DNA from: an uncultured Alphaproteobacteria bacterium
GTDB taxonomy: Bacteria > Pseudomonadota > Alphaproteobacteria > Rhizobiales > Methyloligellaceae
NCBI GenBank assembly: GCA_963816805.1
Contig: CAWFLU010000015.1
Span: forward strand, 4,758 to 68,757
Length of the DNA stretch: 64,000 nt
Direction of reading: 5' to 3'
Shown here piece after piece: positions 29,189 through 38,249 of this stretch. Position 1 is the stretch's first letter. Each line of letters opens with the position of its first letter. Below the pieces are notes generated by a model, which saw only the letters and a list, made by a program, of their open reading frames with translations, did not search any database and was not told where the DNA came from. The translations under genes were made by a program, and so were the position numbers.

Positions 29189-29823
29189 GCGGCGCGCCGA
29201 GCGGCGGGCCGCGTCGCCTCAAGATCGCGGCCATCGTCCTCGCCGCCGGGCGATCGTCGCGCTTCGGGCGGCGCAACAAGCTTCTCGAGCCGATCGACGG
29301 GATCGCAATGGTGCGGCGCGTTGCTCTTGCCGCGCGAGCGAGCGGCGCGCGACCCGTGATCGCCGTCATCGGCCACGAGGCCGCGCGCGTTGCCGACGCG
29401 CTCGCCGGCGCCGAGGTGACCACCGTCCTCAATCAGGATTGCGAGCAGGGTCTCAGCCTCTCGCTCCGCGTGGGACTACGCGCCCTGCCGTCCGGCTGCG
29501 ACGGCGCGATCATCTTGCTTGGCGACATGCCGGCAATTGGCGAAGGCGAGCTGAAGGCTTTGATCTCGGCATTTGTCGCGCGCGACGGGGAGGGGGTGTG
29601 CGTGCCGGTTCGGCATGGCAGGCGCGGCAATCCGGTGCTGTGGGGTGCGCGCTTCTTCGCGGAGATAGCGGCGCTCTCAGGCGATGCCGGCGCTAAAGCA
29701 TTGCTGCGCCGGCACGCGGATCAAGTAATCGAGGTCGAGATGGATACGGACGCGATCTTCGCCGACATAGACGCGCCTGCCGATTTCGATCATCTCAGCG
29801 CCACACTCGATCAGCGGAAATAG
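29185..29823 (+). CDS. MobA/MocA-like nucleotidyltransferase (molybdenum cofactor cytidylyl/guanylyl-transferase family)
   Basis: AAIVLAAGRSSRFG..NKLL motif. ATGA overlap with the xdhC-like gene. Confidence 0.85.
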   Translation: MSGAPSGGPRRLKIAAIVLAAGRSSRFGRRNKLLEPIDGIAMVRRVALAARASGARPVIAVIGHEAARVADALAGAEVTTVLNQDCEQGLSLSLRVGLRALPSGCDGAIILLGDMPAIGEGELKALISAFVARDGEGVCVPVRHGRRGNPVLWGARFFAEIAALSGDAGAKALLRRHADQVIEVEMDTDAIFADIDAPADFDHLSATLDQRK

Positions 29824-31295
29824 ATGCGAATGGTATAGGACACCGAAGAAGAATTCGGCGGTGGGAAGGGCGCTGCATTGCGCACGGTGGCGAGCGCCAT
29901 CTGGTCCAGCTGTGAATCGCCGCTCGAACTGCTGATCCGCACCGATTGAAGCCTGCCACCCGGTCCGATGGCGAAGGTCACGCTAGCGCTGCCGCTCTTG
30001 CCGGTCTTTGGCTTACGACGCGCGAGCGCAGACCAGATCTTGGCATTGTAGCCGCCAGCGATCTCGGTGCGCTTCGGCGAGAGTTTCGGCTTGGCCACGG
30101 TATCTTTGTCGGCGGGAGCGAACGCCATCGGCGACCAGCGCGGCTTCGTTTCCGCCGAGGGCTGCTCCTTTTGCTGTGGTGCAGTCGTTTCAGGTTTCGG
30201 CGGCGGCGCCTTCTTGGTGTCCGCGGCCGGGATGGGTCTCGGCCTCGGCAGCGGGACGCTCTCTGGCTCCGCCGATCGTGAGGCGACCGCGGCCTTTGGC
30301 TTTGGCGCGGGCTGCGCTGCGGCTATTGCAGCAGCGGACGCGATGGCTCGTGGCATGGCGCTGGCGACGCCGGCAGTCAGCGAGGGTGACTTCGCTTCCT
30401 GGCTTGGCGATGACGAAGCCGCGACTTCGTCGGCTGCAAAGATGGCCGCGCTCGCATTATCATTGGTCCCCGCCGTCGTCGCGGGCTCGCCGAGATCGGT
30501 CGGCCGGATCGGCTCGGACGTGGGCGCGGCCGAGGTTTCCGCCGACGAAACGGGTTGCCCGGCGACCCGCGCGTGAGGGTCGATGTCGCTCGGCTCGGAC
30601 GTGGGCGCGGGAACGGTTCCCGCCGACGCAACAGCTTGCTCGACTGCCGGCGCGTGAGAGGCGACGTCGCTTAGCTCGGGCGCAGGCGCGGCAACGGTTT
30701 CCGCCGAAGCAACAGCTTGCTCGGCTGCTGGCGCGTGAGAGGCGACGTCGGTCAGTTCGGTGCTGGCATGCTGCTCTTCGACCGGAGGACCCACTGCATG
30801 CTGCGGCTCCTCAGCGATCTCTGCGACCGCGTGCTGTTCGGGGAACGAAGCATTATCGGTGGGCTGTGGTGCGGCGGACGCAATTTCGGCGAATGCCGTT
30901 TCGACCGGTGCGGCTTGAAGCGTTGGCGTCACGGCGGGAGCTGCGTCATCGGAGCCGAGACTGGTCTGGTCCCCCGCGAAAGGAGAAGGCGTCGGCGAGG
31001 ATTGGGGTAGCGATGCGGTGATCTCGCGGCTAGCTGATGGGGGAAGAGGCTCGGGCGCCGCGGGTTCGGGAGCGGCCTGAGGATCAAGCGGCACTTCTGG
31101 GGCGCTCTCCGTCGTGATGTCGATGGATGTTTCCGAGGTGGGTGCCAAGGACGGCGGCGAAACCGGTAATTCGACCTCGGAGGGTTGCGGCTCGAGCGAC
31201 GGCTGGCTCGCGATCAACAGTAAATGTGTGCCGCACACGAATATGGCGCTGGCGAGCAGCGCGGAGCAGGACTGGAGAAAGCGGTTCTCTGACAC
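29811..31295 (-). CDS. TonB C-terminal-domain protein with a long Pro/Ala-rich repetitive linker
   Basis: N-terminal TM segment, about 380 aa of low complexity, and a C-terminal TonB-type fold (ASVTFAIGPGGRLQSVRISSSSGDSQLDQMALATVRNAAPFPPP). Confidence 0.8.
   Translation of the reverse strand: MSENRFLQSCSALLASAIFVCGTHLLLIASQPSLEPQPSEVELPVSPPSLAPTSETSIDITTESAPEVPLDPQAAPEPAAPEPLPPSASREITASLPQSSPTPSPFAGDQTSLGSDDAAPAVTPTLQAAPVETAFAEIASAAPQPTDNASFPEQHAVAEIAEEPQHAVGPPVEEQHASTELTDVASHAPAAEQAVASAETVAAPAPELSDVASHAPAVEQAVASAGTVPAPTSEPSDIDPHARVAGQPVSSAETSAAPTSEPIRPTDLGEPATTAGTNDNASAAIFAADEVAASSSPSQEAKSPSLTAGVASAMPRAIASAAAIAAAQPAPKPKAAVASRSAEPESVPLPRPRPIPAADTKKAPPPKPETTAPQQKEQPSAETKPRWSPMAFAPADKDTVAKPKLSPKRTEIAGGYNAKIWSALARRKPKTGKSGSASVTFAIGPGGRLQSVRISSSSGDSQLDQMALATVRNAAPFPPPNSSSVSYTIRIYFR
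30511..30753. repeat. Three imperfect tandem 81-bp repeats inside the TonB-like CDS (27-aa units)
   Basis: Units at 30511-30591, 30592-30672 and 30673-30753. Protein units are L(T/S)DVASHAPA(A/V)EQAVASA.TV.AP..E, with the third more diverged. Confidence 0.85.
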
Positions 31296-31468
31296 GACAG
31301 AGATACAAGAGCGATATAGTTAACCAAGCGTTTATCGCCCGAAGGATTCTTCGCCGCGACGTTAGAAGCCCCGCCACTGTGGCAAATCAGCCACCAATTA
31401 CCCGGCGAAATGTGATCTCCTGGAACGAGTAAGTGTGACGTCAGTTGCGTTATGAGTAGGGGCTAGTA

Positions 31469-31579
31469 ATGCGTGTGATCGCTATCTTGGCGGTCCTGGC
31501 AGCGCCGGTGGCGCTGGGGGGCTGCTTCTTCCACCACAATCAGGCCGTCGTCGCTCAGCCGTTGCCGCCGCTGAAATAG
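31469..31579 (+). CDS. Mini-lipoprotein (36 aa), not in the ORF track
   Basis: MRVIAILAVLAAPVALGGCFFHHNQAVVAQPLPPLK. Lipobox LGGC. Sits in an otherwise empty 360-nt gap. Confidence 0.45.
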   Translation: MRVIAILAVLAAPVALGGCFFHHNQAVVAQPLPPLK

Positions 31580-31658
31580 CGCGCCGCGTGACGTTGCCGA
31601 ACGAGGCTAGAGACCCGCGAACGATGCGGCGGTGGCCCTTTGGCATGCCGGCAGCCCG

Positions 31659-32210
31659 TCAGGGATTGATGCGGGTGATCTTCGAGCCTTCGAGGGTCAG
31701 ATTGTACATCAGCCCCTTCTGGTCGAGCACGAAGCCGATGACAGGGCTCGTGAGGTTGTTCGTATCGATCGAGCCGTCGGCGCCGAGCGTGACCAGCACC
31801 ACCGATCCGTCAACGCCCACCTTCCAGCCGGCGGTGCGATCGAACTGATTGAGCGCGTCGTGGGTCATGAACATGATGATGATGGTGCGCGCCTGCACGC
31901 CGAGTTGAAAGCCGAACGACGCCGAGACGATGTTGTAATAGGTCGTGGGCTGTCCGCGCACCAGCAGCGCCCCTTCACCGTATTCCCCACCGAAGCCGAA
32001 GCCGGCTTTTACTACCGATGGAAACACGAGCACACCCTCGGCCTTTGCGGCGAGATCGCGCGCACCGCGCACCTGCGTGGCGAATTTCTCGGACGCCGCG
32101 CGAACATCCGCATCGATCGCCGCCTTTGAGGCCATGCCTTTGTCCGGCGCAGCGAGGGTCGCCGAGGCGGCAATGACGACAAGGCAGAAACCTCTGAACA
32201 GGGTCTTCAT
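31659..32210 (-). CDS. SYLF (DUF500 / Ysc84-like) lipid-binding domain protein, secreted
   Basis: GVLVFPSVVKAGFGFGGEYGEGALL...SASFGFQLG...GWKVGVDGSVV... I prefer the ATG at 32210 (GGGAGA SD, signal peptide MKTLFRGFCLVVIAASATLAA). Confidence 0.8.
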   Translation of the reverse strand: MKTLFRGFCLVVIAASATLAAPDKGMASKAAIDADVRAASEKFATQVRGARDLAAKAEGVLVFPSVVKAGFGFGGEYGEGALLVRGQPTTYYNIVSASFGFQLGVQARTIIIMFMTHDALNQFDRTAGWKVGVDGSVVLVTLGADGSIDTNNLTSPVIGFVLDQKGLMYNLTLEGSKITRINP

Positions 32211-32459
32211 ATGGCAGATCTCCCGACGAATCACGGTTCGCGCTAACCTACCACGGTCGCCTCTAGCTAACACGCCATCCTCCGCCGCAGTTCCGCGCTG
32301 GGCAAAGGTTTCAAGGAGATAGAAGCGCAAGATGGACTCGCATGAGCGAGCCGCTCCCGCTAACCGAGGAATGGCCGCGGATAACGCCGGTTTCACCTCA
32401 CCAAGACGTGACGCCGAGCCTCATTTCGGCGCGGCGCATTTAGGCTAGAGTTCACGACG

Positions 32460-33212
32460 ATGAGACACTTCTTCCCGTCAATCCAAACTGAACTTTCGCT
32501 CGCCCTCATCACGCTCCTAACGGGGCTTGCCGGCGAGATTTCCGCCAGCGCTGCCGAGCCTGACGACCGCAACCCTTGCACCCAAGATGCGATGATCGTG
32601 TTCGACGCATCGGGCTCGATGGCCGGCAACGTCAATCAGGGCATCGCCACCACGATTCCGCGCATCGACGAGGTGAGAGGCGCGCTCGGCACAGTGCTGC
32701 CGAGGGTCACCCGCGCCCGGCGCGTCGGGCTCATCACCTATGGCCCAGGGCCCTACGCGCAGTGCAATGTCCAGCTCAATCTCAAGCCTACCGAGAACGC
32801 GGCCGGGCTCATCATGCAAGAGGTGAATGCGCTCAGCCCCGCCGGCAAGACTCCGCTCACCGCCGCGGTGAAGAACGCCGCGGAGGTGCTCGACTACCGC
32901 CACAAGCCCGGCCTGATCGTCGTGCTCACTGACGGCGAGGAAACTTGCGGCGGCTCGCCTTGCGATCTCGGCAAGGAATTGCACGCGGCGGCGACACAAC
33001 TCACAATCCACATTATCGGCTATCGGATGAAGGGCCTGAGCTGGACGGGGGAGGGGAGCATCCTCGATGCCAAATGTCTCGCCGAGACAAATGGTGGCCT
33101 CTATATCAGCACCGAATCGAAGCAGGACCTGATCGAGGCGCTGGAGAAGACGCTCGGCTGCCCGATGCTGTCCGAGCTCGATCCAGGCGATTTCGGCCGC
33201 GCGCCGAGATAA
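32460..33212 (+). CDS. Secreted von Willebrand factor A domain protein
   Basis: MIDAS motif DASGSM, plus ...GKTPL... and VVLTDGEE. Confidence 0.88.
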   Translation: MRHFFPSIQTELSLALITLLTGLAGEISASAAEPDDRNPCTQDAMIVFDASGSMAGNVNQGIATTIPRIDEVRGALGTVLPRVTRARRVGLITYGPGPYAQCNVQLNLKPTENAAGLIMQEVNALSPAGKTPLTAAVKNAAEVLDYRHKPGLIVVLTDGEETCGGSPCDLGKELHAAATQLTIHIIGYRMKGLSWTGEGSILDAKCLAETNGGLYISTESKQDLIEALEKTLGCPMLSELDPGDFGRAPR

Positions 33213-33236
33213 AGCCGTGGGCAACGCTGCCGGCAC

Positions 33237-33440
33237 TTGACCCGAGGGCACACCATCACCGGCGCGATCGTCGGGGTCGGCGCGCCCCGCAGGGTCTCAG
33301 CCGTGCGCTGGGCCATCGCCGGCAGCATCGTGATCGCCGGGGTGGTCACCCTGCCGGCCGCGGCGCTAATCGGCGCGTTCTCCTATCTCTCAGGGCGGCG
33401 TTCCCTTAGCGTGCTCAGTAGAGTAGATACGGCCGTCTGA
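33237..33440 (+). pseudogene. C-terminal remnant of a PiT-family inorganic phosphate transporter
   Basis: HTITGAIVGVGAPRRVSAVRWAIAGSIVIAGVVTLPAAALIGAFSYL matches the last TM helices of PitA-like proteins. Nothing PiT-like lies upstream. It overlaps the 3' end of the next gene. Confidence 0.6.
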
Positions 33441-34572
33441 TCTCGGCGAACTCGGCCTCGCCTGGTGCCCAGCTCGCGACGATCTCACGTAGCGGCACCT
33501 GCGCCTCGATCTGCTCGCGCAGCTCTGGCGAGCCGGCGAGGATGTCGATCGGCATCTTGTCGTGCTCGTATTCGTAGGGCGGATCGCGCCATTTGAAGCC
33601 GTCGGGCGCAAGGCCGTAGCTTTCGCGAAGCACCGACACACCGGACGCGACCGGCGCGAAGGCGGTGCGCTCGGTCAGATGGATCTGGCAGCCGCCGCAG
33701 GTCGTCTTGGCGTGCTTCTGGAAGGTCGGCTCGAAGGTCGCGGCGCGAAAATGCACGCCCGTCAGCCCCACATCGTTCAGGCGCGCGGCGAGAGCCTCGC
33801 CATCGACCCACGGCGCACCGATCAGCTCGAACGGCCGGGTGGTGCCGCGCCCCTCTGACAACATGGTGCCCTCGAACAGCACGGTGCCGGGATAAACGAT
33901 CGCCGTGTCGAGCGTCGGCATGTTGGGAGAGGGCATCACCCACGGGACATCGGTCTCGTCGAAATACATGTCGCGCGACCAACCTTCCATCGCCACGGTC
34001 TCGAGCTCGGCGCCGAGTTTGAAATGCTCGTTGAACAGGTGCGCCAGCTCGGCTGTGGTCATACTGTGGCGCATCGGCATGCGGAAGAGGCCGACGAACG
34101 ACTCGTAGCCGGGCTCGAGCGTCGGTCCTTCCACCTCGATGCCGCCGATCGGGTTCGGGCGGTCGCAGACGATGACGGGGACGCCGGCCCGTGCCGCGGC
34201 CTTCAGACAATTCGCCATCGTGTAGATGAAGGTGTAGATGCGCGCGCCCACATCCTGGATGTCGATCACGAGCACGTCGATGAGCGACAGCATCTCGGGG
34301 GTCGGCTCGCGCGTCTCGCTATAGAGCGAGAAGATCGGCACGTTGCGCCGCGGATCTTTCGTGTGCGGGCTTTCGATCATGTTGTCCTGCAGGTCGGAGC
34401 GGAAGCCGTGCTGCGGGCCGAAAATCGCTGCGAGCTTGAATGAGGAGGCTTGCCCCAACCGGTCGACAACATGGGTGAAGGCATGGTCGATAGAGGCGGG
34501 GTTGGCGAGGATGCCCACTTTCAGGCCGTTCAGGCGTGAGGAGTCGAGCAATCGTTCGGAGCCGAGCAGCAT
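33415..34572 (-). CDS. DUF1343 family protein (NamZ-type exo-beta-N-acetylmuramidase family)
   Basis: VGILANPASI...FGPQHGF...ETREPT...DVLVIDIQDVGARIYT conservation over 385 aa. Confidence 0.9.
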   Translation of the reverse strand: MLLGSERLLDSSRLNGLKVGILANPASIDHAFTHVVDRLGQASSFKLAAIFGPQHGFRSDLQDNMIESPHTKDPRRNVPIFSLYSETREPTPEMLSLIDVLVIDIQDVGARIYTFIYTMANCLKAAARAGVPVIVCDRPNPIGGIEVEGPTLEPGYESFVGLFRMPMRHSMTTAELAHLFNEHFKLGAELETVAMEGWSRDMYFDETDVPWVMPSPNMPTLDTAIVYPGTVLFEGTMLSEGRGTTRPFELIGAPWVDGEALAARLNDVGLTGVHFRAATFEPTFQKHAKTTCGGCQIHLTERTAFAPVASGVSVLRESYGLAPDGFKWRDPPYEYEHDKMPIDILAGSPELREQIEAQVPLREIVASWAPGEAEFAEIRRPYLLY

Positions 34573-34793
34573 GGTGTCAGGCAGTCCTGGGCTTTTGGCG
34601 GTTGTCGAGCTTACGGGGCGGAAGCTGGCGGGTTTGAAACTTCGATCATGCTATGGTAGTCGGCGGCGGGGGCGACAGGAAGCAAAAGCGGGCTCCCCTA
34701 TATCGCAAACGACGAGGCCGCAAGCCTCTCCTCGCGGATGGACCGGCAACCCTCCGCCTCGGTAGACCGTGCAGGGAGCTCGAATTAGATCGC

Positions 34794-35957
34794 ATGACGA
34801 AAGACCGTACGCGGCCGATTGCGGCCTTCATAGATTTGGCGGCACAGCGCGAGCAGCTCGGCGACAGCGTCGTGACGGCAATCGCCGCGGTGCTCAAGCA
34901 CGGCCGATATGTCCTGGGGCCGGAGGTCAGCGAGCTCGAACGGCGGCTCGCCGAATTTTGTGGCGCCAAGCACTGCATCTCTTGCGCGAACGGCACCGAC
35001 GCTCTGCTGCTGGTGTTGATGGTCGAGGGTATCGGCCCTGGCGATGCGGTATTCGTTCCCGACTTCACATTCGTGGCGACGGCTGAGGTGGTCGTGCTGG
35101 CGGGCGCCACGCCGGTGCTGGTCGATGTGCATCCCGACACGTTCAACATGGACGTCGAGAGCCTAGAGGCGGCGATCGACGAGGCAAAACGGCTTGGCCT
35201 CAATCCGCGCGCGGTGATCCCGGTCGATCTCTACGGCCAGCCGGCCGACTACGCCGCGATCAACCGCGTGGCCAAGGCTAATGATCTCATCGTTGTGGCC
35301 GACGCGGCGCAGAGCTTCGGCGCCAGCCTTAACGGCAAAAATGTCGGCACGCTTGCCGACTATACCGCGACCAGCTTCTATCCCTCGAAGCCGCTCGGCG
35401 GCTACGGCGACGGCGGCGCGATCCTCACCGACGGCGACGCCAAGGCGAAGCTGCTCGTCTCGCTCCGTTGCCACGGCAAGGCGCCCGACCAGGCGGAGAG
35501 CGAATATGTCGGGCTCAATAGCCGGCTCGACACCATCCAGGCGGCGATCTTGCTCGAGAAGCTCCGCCTGTTCCCGAGCGAGATCGCAGCACGGCAGAAT
35601 GCGGCGGAACGTTACGCCGAAGGTCTCGGCGGGGTTGTGCAGGTGCCAGTGCTGATCGACGGCGCGGCCTCGGTCTGGGCGCAATACACTATCCAACTCG
35701 AGCGGCGCGACGAGTTCGCCAAGGCGTGCCACGAGGTGGGGGTCCCCACCGCGATCCATTATCTGAGCGCCATCCATTCGCTTCCGTCCTACCGCGAGTT
35801 CCCGCGCGCGCCGGGCTTGCGCCACACCGACCGGCTCGCGCGCCACGTCATCAGCCTGCCGATGCATGGCTACCTCGGCGCCGAGACGCAAGAAGGCATA
35901 ATCGGCGCGGTGCAGACGGTTCTCCGCTCGCTCAAGGCAGGGGTCGCCGCCGAGTAG
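34794..35957 (+). CDS. DegT/DnrJ/EryC1/StrS-family PLP aminotransferase (GnnB-like, UDP-3-keto-GlcNAc transaminase candidate)
   Basis: YVLGPEVSELERRLAEFCGAKHCISCANGTDAL and an SFYPSKPLG Lys-containing motif. ATG at 34794. Confidence 0.92.
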   Translation: MTKDRTRPIAAFIDLAAQREQLGDSVVTAIAAVLKHGRYVLGPEVSELERRLAEFCGAKHCISCANGTDALLLVLMVEGIGPGDAVFVPDFTFVATAEVVVLAGATPVLVDVHPDTFNMDVESLEAAIDEAKRLGLNPRAVIPVDLYGQPADYAAINRVAKANDLIVVADAAQSFGASLNGKNVGTLADYTATSFYPSKPLGGYGDGGAILTDGDAKAKLLVSLRCHGKAPDQAESEYVGLNSRLDTIQAAILLEKLRLFPSEIAARQNAAERYAEGLGGVVQVPVLIDGAASVWAQYTIQLERRDEFAKACHEVGVPTAIHYLSAIHSLPSYREFPRAPGLRHTDRLARHVISLPMHGYLGAETQEGIIGAVQTVLRSLKAGVAAE

Positions 35958-35973
35958 CGGTCAGGTAGAATCC

Positions 35974-36957
35974 ATGGCAGACCAGATCCGCGTCGCCATT
36001 GTGGGGGCTGGCTATTTCGGGCGGTTCCATGCCGATCATTATTCGCGCAACCCACGCGCCAAGCTGATCGCCGTGGTCGACACCAGCGCGGAACGCGCCC
36101 GCGCCGTCGCGGCCGAGTTCGGCGCCGAGCCGCTGTCTGATTACCGCGAGATCATCGGCAAAGTCGATGCGGTGAGTGTGGCGGTGCCGACCCCACTTCA
36201 TTACGACATCGCTCACGCGCTCGCCGGCGCTGGCATGCACATCCTCGTCGAGAAGCCGATCACCGATAGCGTCTCGAGCGCGACTGCGCTCGCCGACCTC
36301 GCCGAGCAGCGCAAACTCGTGCTCCAAGTCGGGCATATCGAGCGCTTCTCGAGCGCCTATAAAACGCTCGCCAAGGTCATCGTTGATCCGCTCTATTTCG
36401 AGAGCTATCGCATCGCGCCGTGGAAGAATTGCGGCGTCGAGGTCGACGTGATCCTCGATCTGATGATCCACGACATCGACATGATCATCGGCCTGGTCGC
36501 TTCGCCCGTGGTCAAGGTCGATGCGGTCGGCACGCCGGTGCTCGGCCAGAGGATCGACGTCGCCAATGCGCGCCTCACCTTCGCGTCGGGCTGCGTTGCC
36601 AACGTCACGGCGAGCCGGGTGGCCTACAAGACCGAGCGCAAGCTGCGGGTATTCGCGCGCAATCATTATCTCAGCTGCGATCTTGGCGAGGGGCGCATTC
36701 AGGGCTATCGCCTGCGCGGCGACCCGATGACCGAGGGGTTGGCGGCGATCGCCATGGAGACCTACGAGATCCCCAAGGAGGACAGTCTCGGCAACGAGAT
36801 CGAGGCGTTTCTCGACTGCATCGCCACAGGCAACAAGCCACTGGTCGATGGCCGCGCCGGCTGCGACGCGCTGCGTGTGGCGAAGATGATCAACGAGAGC
36901 ATCCAGGAACATCTGAACGTCGTGCAAGGGTCGTCCGGCTCCGCGCCGGCGTCTTAG
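35974..36957 (+). CDS. Gfo/Idh/MocA-family NAD oxidoreductase (GnnA-like, UDP-GlcNAc 3-dehydrogenase candidate)
   Basis: N-terminal Rossmann motif RVAIVGAGYFGRFH, an EKP motif (HILVEKPI) and a C-terminal alpha/beta domain. Confidence 0.92.
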   Translation: MADQIRVAIVGAGYFGRFHADHYSRNPRAKLIAVVDTSAERARAVAAEFGAEPLSDYREIIGKVDAVSVAVPTPLHYDIAHALAGAGMHILVEKPITDSVSSATALADLAEQRKLVLQVGHIERFSSAYKTLAKVIVDPLYFESYRIAPWKNCGVEVDVILDLMIHDIDMIIGLVASPVVKVDAVGTPVLGQRIDVANARLTFASGCVANVTASRVAYKTERKLRVFARNHYLSCDLGEGRIQGYRLRGDPMTEGLAAIAMETYEIPKEDSLGNEIEAFLDCIATGNKPLVDGRAGCDALRVAKMINESIQEHLNVVQGSSGSAPAS

Positions 36958-37010
36958 CGCTTGGGCATGATCCTTTCGGCAGGCCGCTCCCCGCTTTTCC
37001 GGAGCGTGTT

Positions 37011-38171
37011 CTAAGACTTGTGGCCGGCGACGACGTCGAGCACCACTTTGGCGGCGCGCTCGCTCGGGCTTGGGTGAGGCTCGCCGAGCGCGGTCACCAC
37101 CTCGCGGAAGCCACGGCGTTGCACCTCGCGCATCTCGCCTGAGAGGAGCAGGGCCTCGACGCCAGAGGCAAGCCGCTCGGGGGTGCATTCCTCCTGGAGA
37201 AATTCGGGCACCACCTCGCGGCCCGCCAGCAGATTGACCAGCGAGGCGTGCTCGACGCCAACGCCCATGCGGCGGACGAGGAAGGCGGTCGCCGGGCTGA
37301 CGCGGTAGGCGACTACCATCGGGACATCGGCGAGAGCGAGTTCGAGCGTCACCGTCCCCGACTTGGCCATGGCGGCGTCGGATGCGGCAAAGGCGTCGAA
37401 GCGGTCGGCCATCTTGGCGAGCACCACCGGAAACGGCCATTCGCGGCTAAGGAGGCCGATGGTCTCGGTGACCGCGTCCGCGACCGGAATGACGACGCGC
37501 AAATCCGGGTGGCTCTGCTTGATCAGGCTGAGCGCTGCGCCGAACACCGGCAGCATGCGCCTTGCCTCGCCAGCCCTGCTGCCGGGCAGGACGCAAAGTA
37601 GTGTGGACTCCGCCGGGATGCCGTGACGGGCCCTGAAGCCCGGACCGTCACCAAAATCGGATTCGATGGCGGGATGGCCGACGAAGATGCTCTTGATGCC
37701 GTAGCCGTCGAAGAACGTGACCTCGAAGGGCAGCAACACCATCAGCTGGTCGACGCGTGTGGCAAGCTTGCGCGCGCGCCCCGGACGCCACGCCCACAGC
37801 TGCGGCGCGACGTAATGGACGATCGGGATGCCGGAATCGTGGAGGCGATCCGCGAGCCTGAGACAAAAACCCGGCGAATCGACGGTGACCACCGCGTCGG
37901 GTTTGAGCGCCAGAGCCGTTTCGGCCGTCTGGTTGAGCCGCTTGATCAGGCGCGGCAGATGCGGAAGCACCTCGGCAAGGCCCATGACCGATAGCTCGCG
38001 CATGGGAAACAGGCTCGTCAGGCCTTGGGCCTCGCTTTGCAGGCCGCCAATGCCGGCGAAGCGTATGCGGCCGTCAGTTGCTGCCTTGAGCGCAGCCATC
38101 AGCCGCCCGGCAAGGTTGTCGCCGGACGTCTCGCCGGAGACGATGAAGATCAGAGGCTCCTTAACGCTCAT
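37011..38171 (-). CDS. lpxB: Lipid-A-disaccharide synthase
   Basis: IFIVSGETSGDNLAGRLMAALK N-terminus and full-length LpxB (GT19) conservation. Confidence 0.93.
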   Translation of the reverse strand: MSVKEPLIFIVSGETSGDNLAGRLMAALKAATDGRIRFAGIGGLQSEAQGLTSLFPMRELSVMGLAEVLPHLPRLIKRLNQTAETALALKPDAVVTVDSPGFCLRLADRLHDSGIPIVHYVAPQLWAWRPGRARKLATRVDQLMVLLPFEVTFFDGYGIKSIFVGHPAIESDFGDGPGFRARHGIPAESTLLCVLPGSRAGEARRMLPVFGAALSLIKQSHPDLRVVIPVADAVTETIGLLSREWPFPVVLAKMADRFDAFAASDAAMAKSGTVTLELALADVPMVVAYRVSPATAFLVRRMGVGVEHASLVNLLAGREVVPEFLQEECTPERLASGVEALLLSGEMREVQRRGFREVVTALGEPHPSPSERAAKVVLDVVAGHKS

Positions 38172-38249
38172 GCAAACTCCGAGGCGCCGCCCGCATCAAC
38201 GCACGCCGGAGCGCGCTCCGGCGGACCCTGCCACTGGCTGAGGTGAATT

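Noticed and set aside
30511-30753. Tandem repeats considered as a CRISPR-like array
   Set aside because: The units are contiguous with no spacers, in frame inside a CDS, and 81 bp long. They form a protein-coding repeat.
35932-37440. 502-aa ORF on the minus strand, and similar long ORFs at 39862-41850 (662 aa), 47345-48340, 49607-50737, 28043-29080, 30008-31021, 58484-59239 and 59991-61118
   Set aside because: All lie antisense to, or out of frame with, genes that have strong family signatures. Their products are Arg/Ala/Gly/Pro-rich with no motifs, which is typical of shadow ORFs in high-GC DNA.
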